NCBI RefSeq assembly: GCF_004010195.1
Contig: NC_057718.1
Span: 16,449,418 to 16,513,417 of the forward strand
Source: Chiloscyllium plagiosum
Lineage: Eukaryota
Direction of reading: 5' to 3'
DNA: 64,000 nucleotides
In this document: positions 26,026 through 39,983 of the stretch, one piece after another
Layout: every line of letters begins with the position of its first letter
Position numbering within the stretch: the first letter of the stretch is position 1
Translations under genes and position numbers: made by a program
Notes under the pieces: generated by a model
The model's database searches: none
What the model saw: the letters and a program-made list of their open reading frames with translations, nothing else
Told to the model about the DNA's origin: nothing

Positions 26026-26352
26026 AGGGGCATGGATAGGATAAAGAGGCAAAGTCTTTTCCCTAGGGTTGGGGAGTCCAGAACTAGAGGGCATAGGTTT
26101 AGGGTGAGAGAGGAAAGATATAAAAGAGACTTAAGGGGCAACTTTTTCATACATGGAATGAGCTGCCGGAGGAAGTGGTGGAGGCTGGTACAATTGCAAC
26201 ATTTAAGAGGCATTTGGATGGGTATATGAATAGGAAGAGTTTGGAGAGATATGGAGGGCAGGTGGGACTAGATTGGGTTGGGATATCTGGTTGGCATGGA
26301 CGGGTTGGATCGAAGGGTCTGTTTCCATGCTGTACATCTCTATGACTCTATG
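26026..26352 (+). mobile_element. HER1-type CR1 3' end (5'-truncated)
   Basis: RGMDRIKRQSLFPRVGESRTRGHRFRVREERYKRDLRGNFF, with tail catgctgtacatctctatgactctatg. Confidence 0.85.
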
Positions 26353-26659
26353 TCTGAAATCTCTTAATATTTTATGAAGCTCAGTTACCAGCCAAGTTAA
26401 TATATAACTGCACACTATACAACTGCACCGATCTGAAATATCCCAGTGTTAAACTCTGGTTTTGGCTACATTATTTCATCATAAACAGGACAGCAGCTGG
26501 GGTACACGAGGGACCTCAAGCTAGGGACTTCTTTTTCAGTGTCACTAACTCCTTCATTTGGCGATTCACTTAGTAATAACACCATCTGTATTTGGGCTGA
26601 TAGTTGGGGAATTTGGAGTTAGAAGAATTCATCGATATCTCCAATGATCAAAATCTGAA

Positions 26660-26960
26660 CTCCGGTGAAGCACTGGTGCTATGACCTGCTTTCTGTTTAT
26701 GGGTTCAGATTTCCTTGGGTTGGTGATGTCATTTCCTGGTCTTTTTCTCAGACGGCGGTAAATGGGGTCCAAGTCGATGTGTTTGTTGATAGAGTTCCAG
26801 TTGGAATGCCAAGCTTCTATAAATTCTTATGCATATCTCTATTTGGCTTATCCCAGGATGGGTGTGTTGTTCTAGTTGATTGGATAATGTAACCTAGTAT
26901 AGTGATGAAATATCTGAAAATGAATCTTCCAGCTCAGCGACCAAACTTACATCCAGAACT
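26660..26960. mobile_element. Second Penelope-like family: GIY-YIG C-terminus (-) joined to an inverted pLTR tail (+)
   Basis: The minus strand reads EFIEAWHSNWNSINKHIDLDPIYRRLRKR, with stops upstream. The + strand tail gataatgtaacctagtatagtgatgaaatatc..ttccagctcagcgaccaaacttacatccagaac contains a decayed hammerhead-like core. Confidence 0.65.
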
Positions 26961-29075
26961 GCAGTATCCAAATCGACACAAGTCAACAGGCGAAATTAGG
27001 AGCAAATGTTTCCTTAATAAATAACTTTTCCACCCTTTACAGTTCTATTTTCCATTTTTGACTTGTGTTTCCCCTAACGCACCACATTATAGGTCATCTT
27101 CTTTTCCCTCTCTCTTCCTTCCTTTCTAGACCTCCCTGCACCCTCTGCAGGCCTTTGTCTGTGTCACATTCCCTCTACAGACCCTTTGTCTATGCCATGA
27201 CCCCACTGTGAACCTTGTGTCCATGCCCCATCCCTCTCTGGCCTCTGTCTGTGCCACATCCCATTTGCAATATTGTTGGTAACATTTAATACAGAGAAAT
27301 GCATAGTGTATTCAGTGATGCATTTGGGAGATTTTTTTTGCCAATATCGCGAAAGAGACTTAAGCATGTCAGCAATTTTTGGGAGATGGATGTACAGATA
27401 GAATATTTTTAAATGTGTTTTTCTGTATTTTGTATTTTGGACATGAAAATTATCTCAATTGTCGTTTTTAAGATAATTATGAACAAGTGTGAAGAGTTGA
27501 AGGAGTATTGAGTTTAAGATATTGCAGTAAAACTTCTGATTTAATTAAATAGATATATGAGGTGTATTACCCACCCCCTCAGAATTTAGTACATTTATTA
27601 AAAAGTAAACATACAATGCACAGGCAAGGTCAGGGAAATGCTTTGAAGTCTTTTGTCTTAAATCTGATTTGTTGTTTCTGAGAAAAGGCACTGGAGAGAT
27701 TGAATATGGGTCAGGTCCAGATGCTGATGTGAAGCTCCCAAATATCAACATTAAAATCACTGTGCAACAAATCTGCATCTTCAAAAAAACCTGTAGTTTT
27801 GATAGGTTTTGACTTTTTTTCATTACATTATATAGTCTGATAAGACTTATTAGTGAGTTGCCAATATGTTTTCTTAACATCGTGCTTTTCAAAGTTTGGA
27901 ATGAATCCTGAAAAATGTTTAGAATATTTTCTTTGTAGGCACCTAGAAATAGTCAGGGTGGGACTAGTGTAATATAGAAGCACCATCGATTAATGTCTTT
28001 TGCTTCTCATTCTCTGCTGGCTATGTAAATTGGCAATACTGATTTTGTTTTCTGCACTCTGGTCTTTATTAGAAAGAAAATAGATCTGACTAATGAGAAA
28101 GACAGTTTAATCAATTCAGATATTGGTGATGGAGGTTTACGTTACTTGCACCTGTTTTGTACAGCCAAATATATTGTAAAAATGTACAGTTCTTGGGGTG
28201 AATTTTCAGCTGCAAATGCCTGGCTTCAACTACATAGTGAAGGTCTTGTTGTAAAGCTAAGTCATATATCTGAATTCTGTACAATTTATATGGATATCAG
28301 TTGAAGCTTTAGAAGCAACAAGATGGAATTTTGTATGCTAGAATCTTCCTTTGTCTAATCAAGATTGCCAGATTAGTTACAGAGACCTACTGTTTTCTAT
28401 TTGTTTTTAATGGCCTACATTTAACTCCTTTGTATCTTTTGAGACAGACTATAAAGGAAAAGGAAACTAACCTTTTCTTTCCGAACATCCACCAAAAAGT
28501 CAAGACCAATCTGAGATAGTTCTGTGCAAACTTATAATTTTTGGTGAATATCTTGCCTTTAAAACTTGGGTTAGTTGTGCTCCTGGAATGACAGTAGCTA
28601 CAAGCAAAGCATACAAGCAAAGCAGATCTTTGACAGATTTAGTCATTGTTTGATGACTTATACGCTGAGTGAGCTGCTGAGGCAACTTGGAGAATTTTGC
28701 ATTGCTCTTTAATATGTAATTCTAATTGACTGAAATTTGCATGTTGCATTTAAAATTCAGAATCTACCAAAGTTACAATATTAGTGGATACCTAAGTCAA
28801 TATTTGGTGCTTGCTTTGTTTGACTCAAATCACTTCTGTTTTAAACATGTAATATTGTAGCTTCTATCTTTCAGTAAGTAACTGAGGTTTCAGCTTTTTT
28901 TGTCCCTTAAATTGTAACTATTTCCAAGATTGTAATAGTTCATAATTATGTCTTAAACATCTTTGTATGTGTATAGTCATGATTTGTGTGACTGTGGTCA
29001 TTTGAATAGTGCAGAAGTGTTTGGCTCTATCAATAATAATTTGTATCTGTTTATTTTCCCCTTTCTCTCTTTTAG

Positions 29076-29178
29076 CTTTTACCTCCTTTTAAACCTCAGG
29101 TTTCTTCTGAGACAGATACAAGGTATTTTGATGAAGAATTTACAGCCCAAACCATTACAATAACTCCTCCTGAAAAAT
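29076..29178 (+). CDS. AKT3: AKT3 penultimate exon (103 bp), AGC C-terminal tail with turn motif
   Basis: Strong polypyrimidine acceptor ctctcttttag|CTT and donor T|gtaagt. Translates [34 protein letters not shown]. Confidence 0.97.
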
Positions 29179-30106
29179 GTAAGTACTACTGCAAATAAGT
29201 TAGTAAAAATTCTTTCTGCATTATTTATAAAAGTATTGTTCAGTTGACACCATTAGTTTCTGAAAGTGGTTCCTGCTTACTATGTGCCCTTTTTGTAAAA
29301 TGCTAACCTTTAACCTTCAGCTTTCTGAAAACTGAGGTGTTAGAATTTTATTTCCAGCCATGTTTGACTGTAATTTGGTAATCCTTAAACTACATTCCAC
29401 TTATCATCTTTGGCTTCATTCTACTGTAATGAGAAGAACAGAGCAAATGAACATAAATAAGCATTGCTAAAGCAGCTTGCAAGAAAGGCAGGACAATGGA
29501 ACTGATAACGAACAATGTTTTTTTTTCTTATTTCTATGGGCAAGAATTTTTGAAAGGCACAGTTTCCTATCATACCGAGCAAAAAGTAGATGAGGAACGT
29601 GTCCTCACTGGTCTTAACAGCCCAACAGGCATGAGTGTTAATTGGCTAGAAATTGAAGTACCACCTCAGAATTGCCAGCCAATCTGATTAGCCAATAGCC
29701 TTGCAATCCAACTGGAAGCAGTGGCCAGGACTATGATCACAAGCAGTTGCTAGTTTCTGAGTTCAGGATTGGGTAAGTTTAAGGGTCCCACAACAAGAAG
29801 GGGATCTGAGAGGTCAAGGAGTGGCAGTCTTGATTCAGAAACCAAATGAGAGGAAGAGGTGTCCCACACCACTTCTTGTCCAAGGCGCAAGCAGAGTGCT
29901 TTGCCAAAGTTGAGGCCAAGTAGGAAGCAACCCTCTATATAACATTGCAGACAAATCGGGACAGTGGGAATACCATCCAGCGGCTGCTAAGCCACCAACT
30001 CTGCCAAACTTACCAGCAAGGGGGCATAAAGTTCTGTCCTTCAGATTTGCCAATGTCCTTAATAGTGAGAACAGTGTAAAGCAAGTCATTTTAAATTAAT
30101 TTTGAA

Positions 30107-30965
30107 TAGAGTCATATAACATAAAAACAGAGTTATATAACATAAAAACAGACCTTTTGGTCCAACTCATTCATGGTGACTAGATATTCTAAATTAATCT
30201 AGTCCATTTGCCAGCATTTAGCCCATATCCCTCTAAACCCTTCCTATTCATGTAACAATCTAGGTGCCTTTCAAATGTTGTAATTGTACCAGCCTCTGCC
30301 CCACCTCTTCTGGCAGCTCATTCCATACCTTCTGCGTGAAAAAGTTGCCCCTTAGGTCTCTTTTGAATCTTTTCCCTCTCACTTTAAACCTGTGACATCT
30401 ATTTTTGACTCCCCTATCCTGGAAAAAAGACCTTGGCTATTCACCCTATCCATGCCCCTCATGGTTTTATAAACCTCTATAAGAATACAGCCTCAGCATT
30501 TTCAGCGTTTCCTTGTAGTTCAAACTCTCCGACCCCAGCGACATCCTCATCAGTCTTTTCTGAACCCTATCAAGTTTAACAACATCTTACCTATAGCAGA
30601 GAGACCAGAATTGAATGCAGTACTCCAAAAGTGGCCTAACCAATGTCCTGCACAGCTGCAACACGACATCCCAACTTTACACTGACCAATAAAGGCAAGT
30701 GTACCAAACACCACCTTCACTATCCTGTGTATCTGCAACTTCATTTTCAAGGAATTATGAATCTGTACCCCAAGGTCTCTTTGTTCAGCAACTTTCCCCA
30801 GGATCCTACCATTAAATGTATATGTCCTGCCTTGATTTGCCTTACCAAAATGTAACACCTCACATTTATCTAAATTAGCCTTCTTCTGTCATTCCTTGGC
30901 ACATCAGCCCATCTGATCAAAGTCCCATTGTACTCTGAGATGACCTTCTTCACTGTCCATTACTA
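30107..30965 (-). mobile_element. CR1 3' fragment
   Basis: ORF 30550-30858 reads LHFGKANQGRTYTFNGRILGKVAEQRDLGVQIHNSLK. Confidence 0.85.
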
Positions 30966-31049
30966 TTTGGCATTCTTTCATAAAGTTTTATGGCCAACAC
31001 AGTTAGTGATTGATCACATTGTGATTGCTTGTAGTTGGTGGGTAAATGT

Positions 31050-31640
31050 CTTATAATGAGGAAAGGTTGGACAATCTAAACTGAAGTTTATAAGAGTACG
31101 ACACAACTTGATTGAACCACAGGAGATCCTGAGGGATCTTAACCAATGTCCCCTCTAAGTTGCATGCGTGTACAGCCACTTAGAGGTCCACACACGACAA
31201 TTGGTGTGCTGATGTGGACTGCAGCATTGACTTCCAATTCTGGAACTGTCATGCACCCACCTCATGGGTCTGCCTAGAAGAAAAACAACAGGGGAATGCT
31301 GATCTTGATAGGATAGATGTGGAATGTTTTCTGTTATAGGAAAATCTAGAACTCAACGTCACTGTTAAAAATTAAGATCAGCCATTTAAAACTAAAATTG
31401 TTTCTCTGAGTTGTGAATCTTTGGGACGTTCTTGCTGAAAAGATGTTGGAATCGGAATCCTTGAATATTTTTAAGGCAGAGGGTAGATTGATTCTTATTA
31501 AGCAAGAGGTTAAAGGTTATCAGGAGTAAACAGGAATGAGGACTTAAATTTATAATCAGATTCTCTGTGATCTTTTTGAATGGTGTAGCAGGCTCAAGAG
31601 ATTGAATGGTCTGCTTCGAAGGACTTGTGTGTTCATATGA
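31050..31640 (+). mobile_element. Old CR1 3' end containing a probable hAT-type MITE (31144-31301)
   Basis: CR1 3' motifs on both sides. The insert has imperfect TIRs caatgtcccct/aggggaatgctg and near-duplicated 8-mers atcttaac/atcttgat. Confidence 0.5.
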
Positions 31641-32334
31641 TCTACATAATTTGGCTTCCAGAGCATGTCATATAAGCAAGAGTTAATCAAGCTACAATTT
31701 TGAAAACATAATACCTCTATTTAAAAATATAGGTTTAATTTACCACAAACTGTGACAATTACTAAATTTGTAATTACAATTTAGCTTTTGTGTGGCGAAA
31801 TGAATTCATTTTTACTTCACAAGTTTTGTATCAGAGTAAATTATCTAAAACTTAAGTGAAGTAACATTCTGAGATAAAAACACATGATTGTACATTTGTA
31901 CAATCATGATTTTGTACAATTATTACATTTTATGAGCCAAGCGTTCTTAAATTGTGGCTTGATTAACTCTTATGTGGATTTTTTAATTGATTGTGATGTG
32001 TAAAAATATCCTATGAAATTTACACAGATCATTGACCAATCACGAATTATATTAACCATAAATTTGTATGGAACAGTGCCAAATTTCTAGACATTTTAGA
32101 CATACAATGCGAAATATCTCATAAAGAGTTAACATTTGATGTTCTTGCTATATCTAAGTTCTCTGATTTAACTACAGGTAATATATTCCAAAATAGTCTA
32201 GTTTGATTGACTATTTATGCGTGTGCTTTAAACAACAACTCCTGATTAACTTTTCTTTTGGTGTCACTATACCAAGCCTGGGTAATGTTGAATGAATGGT
32301 ACTAATTGCTTTATTAGGTAAATGACATGGGACG

Positions 32335-32562
32335 AAGTACTAGGAGCTGCGAACAAATGCCTGAACTCAACTGTTGAGCATAAATAGTCCGTGACAGATT
32401 ATCTGGTTGTTTATCGCATTCTTGTTTATGGTCCCTTGCTGTGCTGTGATTGTTGTGTGTCCGACATCAGAATGATGACACTTCAAAAATACTTCATTGG
32501 CTTAAAGCACTTTGAATTTCTGAGATTGTGAAAGGTGATTTATAAATGCAAGTCTGTTATTT
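32335..32562 (+). mobile_element. DeuSINE-like (SacSINE1/AmnSINE1-type) 3' part
   Basis: acagattatctggt..cttgctgtgc..cacttcaaaaatacttcattggcttaaagcactttg..gtgaaaggtgatttataaatgcaagtc. A similar tail lies at ~42745-42886. Confidence 0.6.
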
Positions 32563-33559
32563 CCGTTGGCTTGTGGAGCTGAAAAGAACTAACGCTACAC
32601 AGATTCCAGTTCTCATAAATGCACCAGACTTCTGAAATAACGCTTGCTTCCCCCAGGCATTAAATTATGGGATCTCTCTCAGAGTTCTCTCTGTTCTGAG
32701 ATGTGCATTCTGGAACTGATTCTATCCCCAAGGAAACCCAAGCTCTTTGATGACCCTTCTATAAAGAAGAATTGTAACCAGCTCGCTTTTAGACAACTGA
32801 CAAGTGTACGTTTGAGCCCTTGCTAGATATTGATAGCGTAGTGAGATACGGTGATCAGTAAGAATTTCATAATGACTGAATTTCCACCATCCTTCTGATT
32901 ACAGCATGATCACATCGCAGAAGAAATTTAAAACCTTCCCATGAATGCTCTCCATTTTCTAATCTAAAGGTGAAATTAGAATTACAGAATGGTAACAGCA
33001 CAGGTGTTTCAGCTTTGCACATCTGAGCTGACTTTCTGCAGCTAAAGTAGTCCCACTTTCATCCTGTAGGCCTACAGATTTTTTTCTGTTTAGTTATTTA
33101 TCTCATTTTTTTTAAAGAAGTACCTCCACCACATATCCAGGTAGTGCATTCCAGATCCTAACCACTTGTTATTGGTTCTTTTGCTAATTACTTGGAAATT
33201 GATGTGTTCTTGTTCTCAACCCTAGACTCCTCATGATTTTAAACCCTCATATCAAGCCTCAATTTAAACTTCTGTTTTCTGAGAACAAACCCCATCAACC
33301 TAAATCCAACTACTTGGCTGCAGCCTAGGGAAATATTCTCATAAGGCTTTTCTGTATCATCTCATTGTCTCAGTCTTCCTAAAGTGCAGTTCACAAATTG
33401 GGTAGAGTCCACCAGTTGGGGTGAAATCAAAATTTTGAGATAGTTCTTCATAACTTTTAAATACAAAACATTGTGGATACTGATAATCTAAAATAAAAAC
33501 ATCAAAATGGGGAACCCAGCACGTCAGTACAAAAGATGGGACTGAAGCATTCATAGCAA

Positions 33560-34330
33560 TCCTCAGCCAGAATTACCAACAGGATAATCCATCTCTGCCT
33601 CTTATAGACATCCCCAGCAACACAGATGCCTGTCTTCAGCCAATTTGTTTTATACCATGTGATACAAAGTAACAGCTGGAGGAACTAGATACAGCAAGGG
33701 TTATGGACCCTGTCATCATTCCAGCAGTTGTACTGAAGACTTGTGCTCCACAGCTTGTCATGCCTTTAACCAAGTTATTTCAGTACAGCTACAACATTGG
33801 CATCTACCCGACAATGTGGAAAGTTGTCCACATGTGAGCTGTACACAAAAATGAGGATAAACCCAACCCAGCCAATTATTGCCTCATCTCAATGTCTCAC
33901 TTGCCCGGATGAGGCAATACTTCCCTGACGCCATCCATGTAAAGTAGCCAGCTTGATTGGTGCCACTCCTTCCACCATCAACAGTAGCAGCAGTGTGTAC
34001 CATCTACAAGGTGCACTGCAGAAATTCACCAAAGATCCTTAGACAGCACCTTTCAAACCCATGATCACTACCATTTAGAAGGACAAGGACACAGATACAT
34101 GAGGACACCACCATCTGCAAGTTTCCCTCCAAGGCACTCATCATCCCATATTGGAAATATATTGTTATTCTTTCAGTATTGTTGGGACAAAACCCTGGAA
34201 TTCCCTCCTTAACAATATTGTGGATCTACTGGACAGCACCAGTTCAAGAAGGCTTCTCAAAGGCAACTAAAGATGGGCAATAAATGCTGTGCCAGTAATG
34301 CCCATGTCCCACAGGTGAATAATAAAAGAA
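33560..34330 (+). mobile_element. CR1/L2-group LINE fragment with internal deletions and 3' tail
   Basis: KxMDP..IPAVVLKTCAPQL..PLTKLFQYSYNIGIYPTMWK..V.AVHK..DKPNPANY, followed by a tail shared with 13560-13765. Confidence 0.75.
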
Positions 34331-34849
34331 ACACTTCATTAACTATATTTTCAAACTGCCTTGCAAAGCCCAATTATTTCTGTGTATATACCCTCATGTT
34401 CCTCTGCACATTCGCCCTATTTAAAATTGTGCCCATTCCTTTATAATGGCTCATTGTGTTTCCTGCCAAAATGTACTACTTCACACTTCTCTCTGTTAAA
34501 TTTTATTTGCCATATGTCAACCATTCCAGTAACCTATCTGTAATCTGTGTGAAGTCCTTTACTGCCCTTCTCTCAATTCACAATATTTCCACATTTTTTG
34601 TTACCAGCAGGATTTTAAAATTGTATCCTGTACATCCAAGTGTAGGCCATTAATCTACGTCAAGAAAATATTTTTATTAAGTCTTTCCCTTAGTCTAGTC
34701 AAAAGTTTTAAGCCACTCAAATTATTCAACATGGCAGCAAAGATATTCTATACTTGTCTAATTAAATCCAAACTCTCTGAGATTGATAACTTGATAATTG
34801 ATAATCTGATACTAGACTACTATTCCATTCAGTCTTTTTGTGGAGACAC

Positions 34850-35185
34850 TAATATAATGGCAATGTCACTGGACTACTAATTCAGGCCTGGAAATGCATA
34901 TCACATTCTACCATAGCAGCTGGTAGAATTTAAATTCAGTTAATCAATAAATCTGAAATTTTCTTTGGAAAGGAAATTAGCTGTCCAGACCATCATGTGT
35001 GTCTCCAGACCCACAGCAATGTGATTTACTCTTAACTGACTTCTCAGAAGGCCTAGCAAGTCATTTTGTTGAATGGAGTGTTGAGGTTCAAGAATTGGCT
35101 CACTGCAACCTTCTTGAGGACAATTGGGAATGGAAAACAAATGCTGGCCTTAACAGCATTCCCCACACTGTGAAAAATATTTTTC
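34850..35185 (+). mobile_element. tRNA-head SINE whose tail matches the CR1/L2-group LINE
   Basis: Head taatggcaatgtcactggactactaattcag and tail ggctcactgcaaccttcttgaggacaattgggaatgg..aaatgctggcc. Related copies lie at ~7535-7810 (+) and ~20255-20660 (-). Confidence 0.55.
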
Positions 35186-35532
35186 AAAAAGATGCAGTGT
35201 CAACCATGAAGAACAACACTAACCACAGTAGAGTATTACAGTATTTATAAAGATGTCCTTGTACATTTTGACAATTCCAGATGTCAAAACTGAGTTTCAT
35301 ATTAGAAAATAATGTATTGATCTAATTGTGAACACACAAGCAAATGATGTGTACTTAGGTCATTAGTAGAAACAGAGTTAACAGGAATGGTTCAATTTAT
35401 TGGATGCCTTAATAATTGCAGATTGGTTAATCAATGCTGAAGGGCATTTTATTTAAATGATTATTTGCTCACCTGAAAAAAGTTGGAGTTGATTTTATAT
35501 TCCACTGTTCATTCTGATGTGCCTCAGGAAAG

Positions 35533-35735
35533 GAGAAAGTGAGGACTGCAGATGCTGGAGATCAGAGCTGAAAAATGTGTTGCTGGAAAAGCACAGCAGG
35601 TCAGGCAGCATCCAAGGAGCAGGAGAATTGATGTTTCCGGCATAAGCCCTTCTTCAGGTCTCAGAGGCCTTCTTTCCTGAAGAAGGGCTTTTGCCTGAAA
35701 CGTCCAGCAATGTGTTTCCAGCAACACATTTTTCA
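35533..35735. mobile_element. Palindromic PLE fragment with hammerhead motifs on both strands
   Basis: Imperfect TSD gtgcctc(tc)aggaaag at 35519-35532 and 35736-35751. The + motif CTGAAGA a gggc tttt gcct GAAA cgtc is at 35677-35704 and a - motif is at ~35630-35657. Confidence 0.75.
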
Positions 35736-36289
35736 GTGCCTCTCAGGAAAGCCAATAACTTGTTTTGGGTTTTAAATTTATTTCTACGATCTCAGCATCA
35801 GTACCAACAGTGTGACTCAACATTATCTTCTAGTTAACCAATTGATGGTAAACGTTTGCATATTTTTCATCTTGATGAGATAAATTCCTCTCTGTTTTCC
35901 TTGCTGCAATGTTCTATCTCACCCTTAGCAAGCTTGCTATTGGAATCATCTAACCTATAGAACAAATAAGAACTATTTGACCTCTGCCTCCTCCAGGCCA
36001 GATTCTATCTTATCCTCTAGCTTACTAGCGGCTGTGTACACTCTGAGGCCAAACTCCAAAACATTGTCAACACTTTCACTGAGGTTATGAGAACAGTGGC
36101 CTTGCACTGAATAGTTGAAAGACGAAGCATATCGTAGGTGGTCAGTCATATTCATTAGTGAGTGATTGCCAATGATGATGACACACCAACCTCCTCCTTT
36201 CTCTCTCTGCTCCCTCCTTCTCTCCCTTGTTTGCTGTCTCTTGCAATTTCCTCCTCCTTCCCCCACCCCCTCTCTGCCCCGCAGCCACC

Positions 36290-36850
36290 CCAAACCCTGG
36301 GTTATCAAAGCAGCAGACACCTCAAAACCATAGAGAAGTACAGCTAGTGGTGCCTTCACAAGATCCTACAAATCCATTGCCAGCATAGGAGTACAGTGTC
36401 AGTGTACTTATGAATTAACCAAGCTTGTTCACCTCCACAAGGCAGGCCACGTCATCTGTAATCCTGACAGACTTTAGAAGTGATCACTCTACTTGGAGCT
36501 TTGACAAGGCACGGGAGTCCTAAGAGGTCAGAGGAAATGCTTCAAGGACACCCTCAAAACTTTCTTGAAAAAAAGCAGCATCCCCATTAACATCTGGAAA
36601 ACCCTGTCTCAAGACTAGCCAAAATGGAAAGTAAACATTTTGGAAAGATGTATACATCTCATTGCTGATGGCAAGCTGAAGTCAAGTTTCAATAGAGAAA
36701 GGAGCACATGGCAATCCAGGCATCCCACCTTCCTGTTCTCTCAAACCACTCTGTCCCACCTCTAACAGACTAGGTCGCGTATTATATTCGTCAGTCACCT
36801 GAGAATTCCTTTTTAAGATAGAAGCAAGTCATCCTAAACCGCCAAGGTAT
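36290..36850 (+). mobile_element. RTE-clade LINE 3' fragment
   Basis: aggaaatgcttcaaggacaccctcaaaac..atccccattaacatctggaaaaccctgtctcaagactagccaaaatgg reads RKCFKDTLK..IP...W..L.QD..KW, typical of RTE ORF ends. Confidence 0.65.
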
Positions 36851-37907
36851 ACTTCAATGATACAAGCTAAATTGCAGCTCTTACACACTTAAGATTCTAC
36901 ATCTATCTATTGAAATTCTCTGTCCTATTTTGGCTAGCAATATGTACCAATTTATTTTGTAGTAATAGGAAAAAACGCTTATTCTGTTCATTATAAGATG
37001 TGCCTAAAATTTCCTTCCATTGTAGCAACCAGTAGGATAAGGATATGTTGAATTATGTAGGATTTCATTCCGACATAGCTAATTTCTGCACCTTTTAAAG
37101 GAATTATACCTGCTGCTGACTCAACACATGAAAATATCTATCAGAGTGAAAGAGTATGTAGTGACATTAAGACATTATTAGAATTCACACACCAAAAGAA
37201 TAAAAAGATCAACTGATGCATGACTATATTAATTTCATATAGTGTTGTATTTTATTTTATATCATGCTTTATGTATCCATTCTTTGCACCACATTCATAT
37301 TAGTTCAAGACTTTTAAAGGATGTGAATGAATATACTGCATTGACCTAGAATTTTAGGAAAAGTTAAAACTATCCTGAAATTTTAGAAATACATTTGCCA
37401 ATACAGATCTCCAAGTGCTGGAAGAACATTTATTTTCAATATAGAAACAGAATAGCATCTTAATCCATATGCAATAACCTCTGAGAGCAGCACTTCACTC
37501 ATAAAGTTCAAACAACTGAGAGCAAAGATTGAATACAGAAACAGTTTGTAACACAAGAGGTCAAAGGTTAGGCATCGGCTATTTTTATCCCCATCCCCCA
37601 ATCAGTGAACTTCCTTCAGAAGAATTTTGACAAAAATTAATTTGTTAAATCTTTTCCTTTAAAATATATTGAGTGCTTTGATAAGTGATGTTTTAAGGTT
37701 ACCTCAATTAGTACAAATTAATTTATCTGTACGCTGTTTCCACAAGTCTCCAATCTGTATTAAACAAAACCTGTGTTAATATATTATGAATAATATGATT
37801 ATAAAATGAATGCTAAATTTCAGATAATACCAAATGAATGCAGGTTTTGAAATGGCTCAACTTAAATTGGGTAGAATATTATTTATTTCTTTTACTTGTC
37901 TTACAGA

Positions 37908-38048
37908 TTTAAATGGATGGGTATATGAGTAGGAAGGGTTTGGAGGGATATGGGCCGGGTGCTAGCAGGTGGGACTAGATTGGGTTGGGATATCTGGTCG
38001 GCATGGATGGGTTGGACCGAAGGGTCTGTTTCCATGCTGTACATCTAT
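37908..38048 (+). mobile_element. Short HER1-type CR1 3' tail
   Basis: Highly similar to 26216-26345. Confidence 0.85.
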
Positions 38049-38474
38049 GTTAGAAGCTTGAAAATCTATCTCTGTGCATGTAACTATTCACTAGCCTATT
38101 GGCCTAATAACCAAAAGCTATTTTACACTGGTGCCTTGGCAAATTGGATATTTATTAGTTTATCGTGAAATTTTCAAATCATGTAAATGATAGTTCTAAA
38201 TATTTCTCATTTTACAACTTGGCAAGTATATTTAGTCATTGTTATTGGATTTTTAAATGTACAGTTAAAACTAGGTTCTATTCGTCAATCAGTACGGTTT
38301 GCTGAAATAATTTTTAATATGCCCTGTGGGACGTATAATTGTAAGAAAAATAAACGGTTCACTCTTCAAGAAATGCTTAAAAAATCTATAAGAGATAAAG
38401 TTCTGAATTAAATTGACTGCAGTTATTGTGAAGTAAATGTCTGAAGAATTATTTCTTTTATCTATTGTTCATAG

Positions 38475-38560
38475 ATGATGAGGATGGTATGGACTGCATG
38501 GACAATGAAAGACGGCCACATTTTCCCCAGTTCTCATACTCTGCTAGTGGAAGAGAATAG
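38475..38560 (+). CDS. AKT3: AKT3 last coding exon with hydrophobic motif FPQFSY and stop
   Basis: Acceptor ttgttcatag|AT, phase 1. Translates (Y)[27 protein letters not shown], then TAG at 38558-38560. This is the AKT3-type C-terminus. Confidence 0.97.
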
Positions 38561-39975
38561 GCCATCAAGTTTTTTTTCTGTTTTTTTTTGCTGCTCAGCT
38601 GTGTCATGGTGTATCACTGGAAATCATTCCTGAACAATAAGAGTTTGAGCTATACTTGATTTCAGAGACAGGGCATCTTCAGGAATCATTTCGAGTTGAA
38701 TGTTTTTTGCATGAATCTAAATGTCAGTCTGGAGATTCAAGCTGTTACCTCCTACTATTTTGACATAATGTCCTGCAAAGAGTATTTTTAAACAAATGAA
38801 GTCCTAATAGGATGTACTGTACATGATGCAGCATTAATGCATTTCAGCCTGTCAATGGAACCGAGGTTTAATGGACGCTGAAGAAGGCATTTGGCAAAAT
38901 TTCACAATAATGACAAAAAATGAAATTTAAGCATCTGATGCAACTGGTGTACTTTTTGTTATATTCATTGCTGTTCATAGCAAGCATTTGTTTGTGATGT
39001 AAGGCAAGTATGGAAGATTTTTGTTAGACATATCACTGAAGAAATGAGCTGGTGTCATTAACAGTTGGCTGAAATTGGGAATTTGTGATCAACTGTCAGG
39101 ACTCAATCCCTGTCAATATTAAAGTTAGTACCAACCCATGTAAGTGAAGGCTCAACTTGAGTTAGCTCAACTGACTTGTTATAGACTAAACAAGTGCAAT
39201 CGCAGATTTTTTTTACAACCTTGGATACCCTGCACTTCTGTCTGCACGTGTTTTATGATGGCTGAAGGATATTGACAGGCATAAATTCAAATGTATGATT
39301 TTCACCAAACTTGTGGGTAGAATATTTATGCCCCGCCAGTCTTGGTGGTGAACAGCAAGGTTTGCCTGTAAACTTCTGAATTAGCTTTTTTTTTCTGGTG
39401 TTAAGTTTGAATGTACACATGTTAAAAAAAATGTAGTATTTATTTTTAGTAGTAACAATCGTTTGTGTCAGATACATTCCACCATCAGTGAACGGTTATT
39501 GCTAAAAGTTTATTGATTATGGTGGTTGATCAACTGTACAATGCTAGTCTTTTTTTTGGACAAGGTTTTCAAACTGTTAATCCATAAGATTTTGTGTTTT
39601 GCGTAAGAAGTAAATGAAAACCAGTAAGCTAAGCAAAGTCTAGATCTTCAAGGATTCATTTTGAAATGACCTTTCCTGATTGAGTATGCCCTCTTGTACT
39701 GCAGCCATCTTTAGCCAAACAGGCCATTCCTGTTTGATTGTGAAGATTCCATAGCTTTGCTTTAACACTAATCCATTTTGTTGTCACATTCCTGTGGCAT
39801 TTTGAATCTAAATGCTTTTATGACTAAACACATGTATTCACCTTAATTGCCGCTTCACAAGGTTTGCCACTCCTTGTTGGGGCAATGCATTGCTACCACA
39901 GTATATTGGCAAGGTGAAAGGTGAGGTCCTCTACTAACTGCAGGGTCTATATATTACACCTCAGTGTACACACTT

Positions 39976-39983
39976 TGCTGCTA
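39976..39983 (+). promoter_or_regulatory. miR-15/16 family 8mer seed match (TGCTGCTA) in the AKT3 3' UTR
   Basis: Exact 8mer. A second 7mer TGCTGCT lies at 38589-38595. Function is not shown by sequence alone. Confidence 0.45.
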
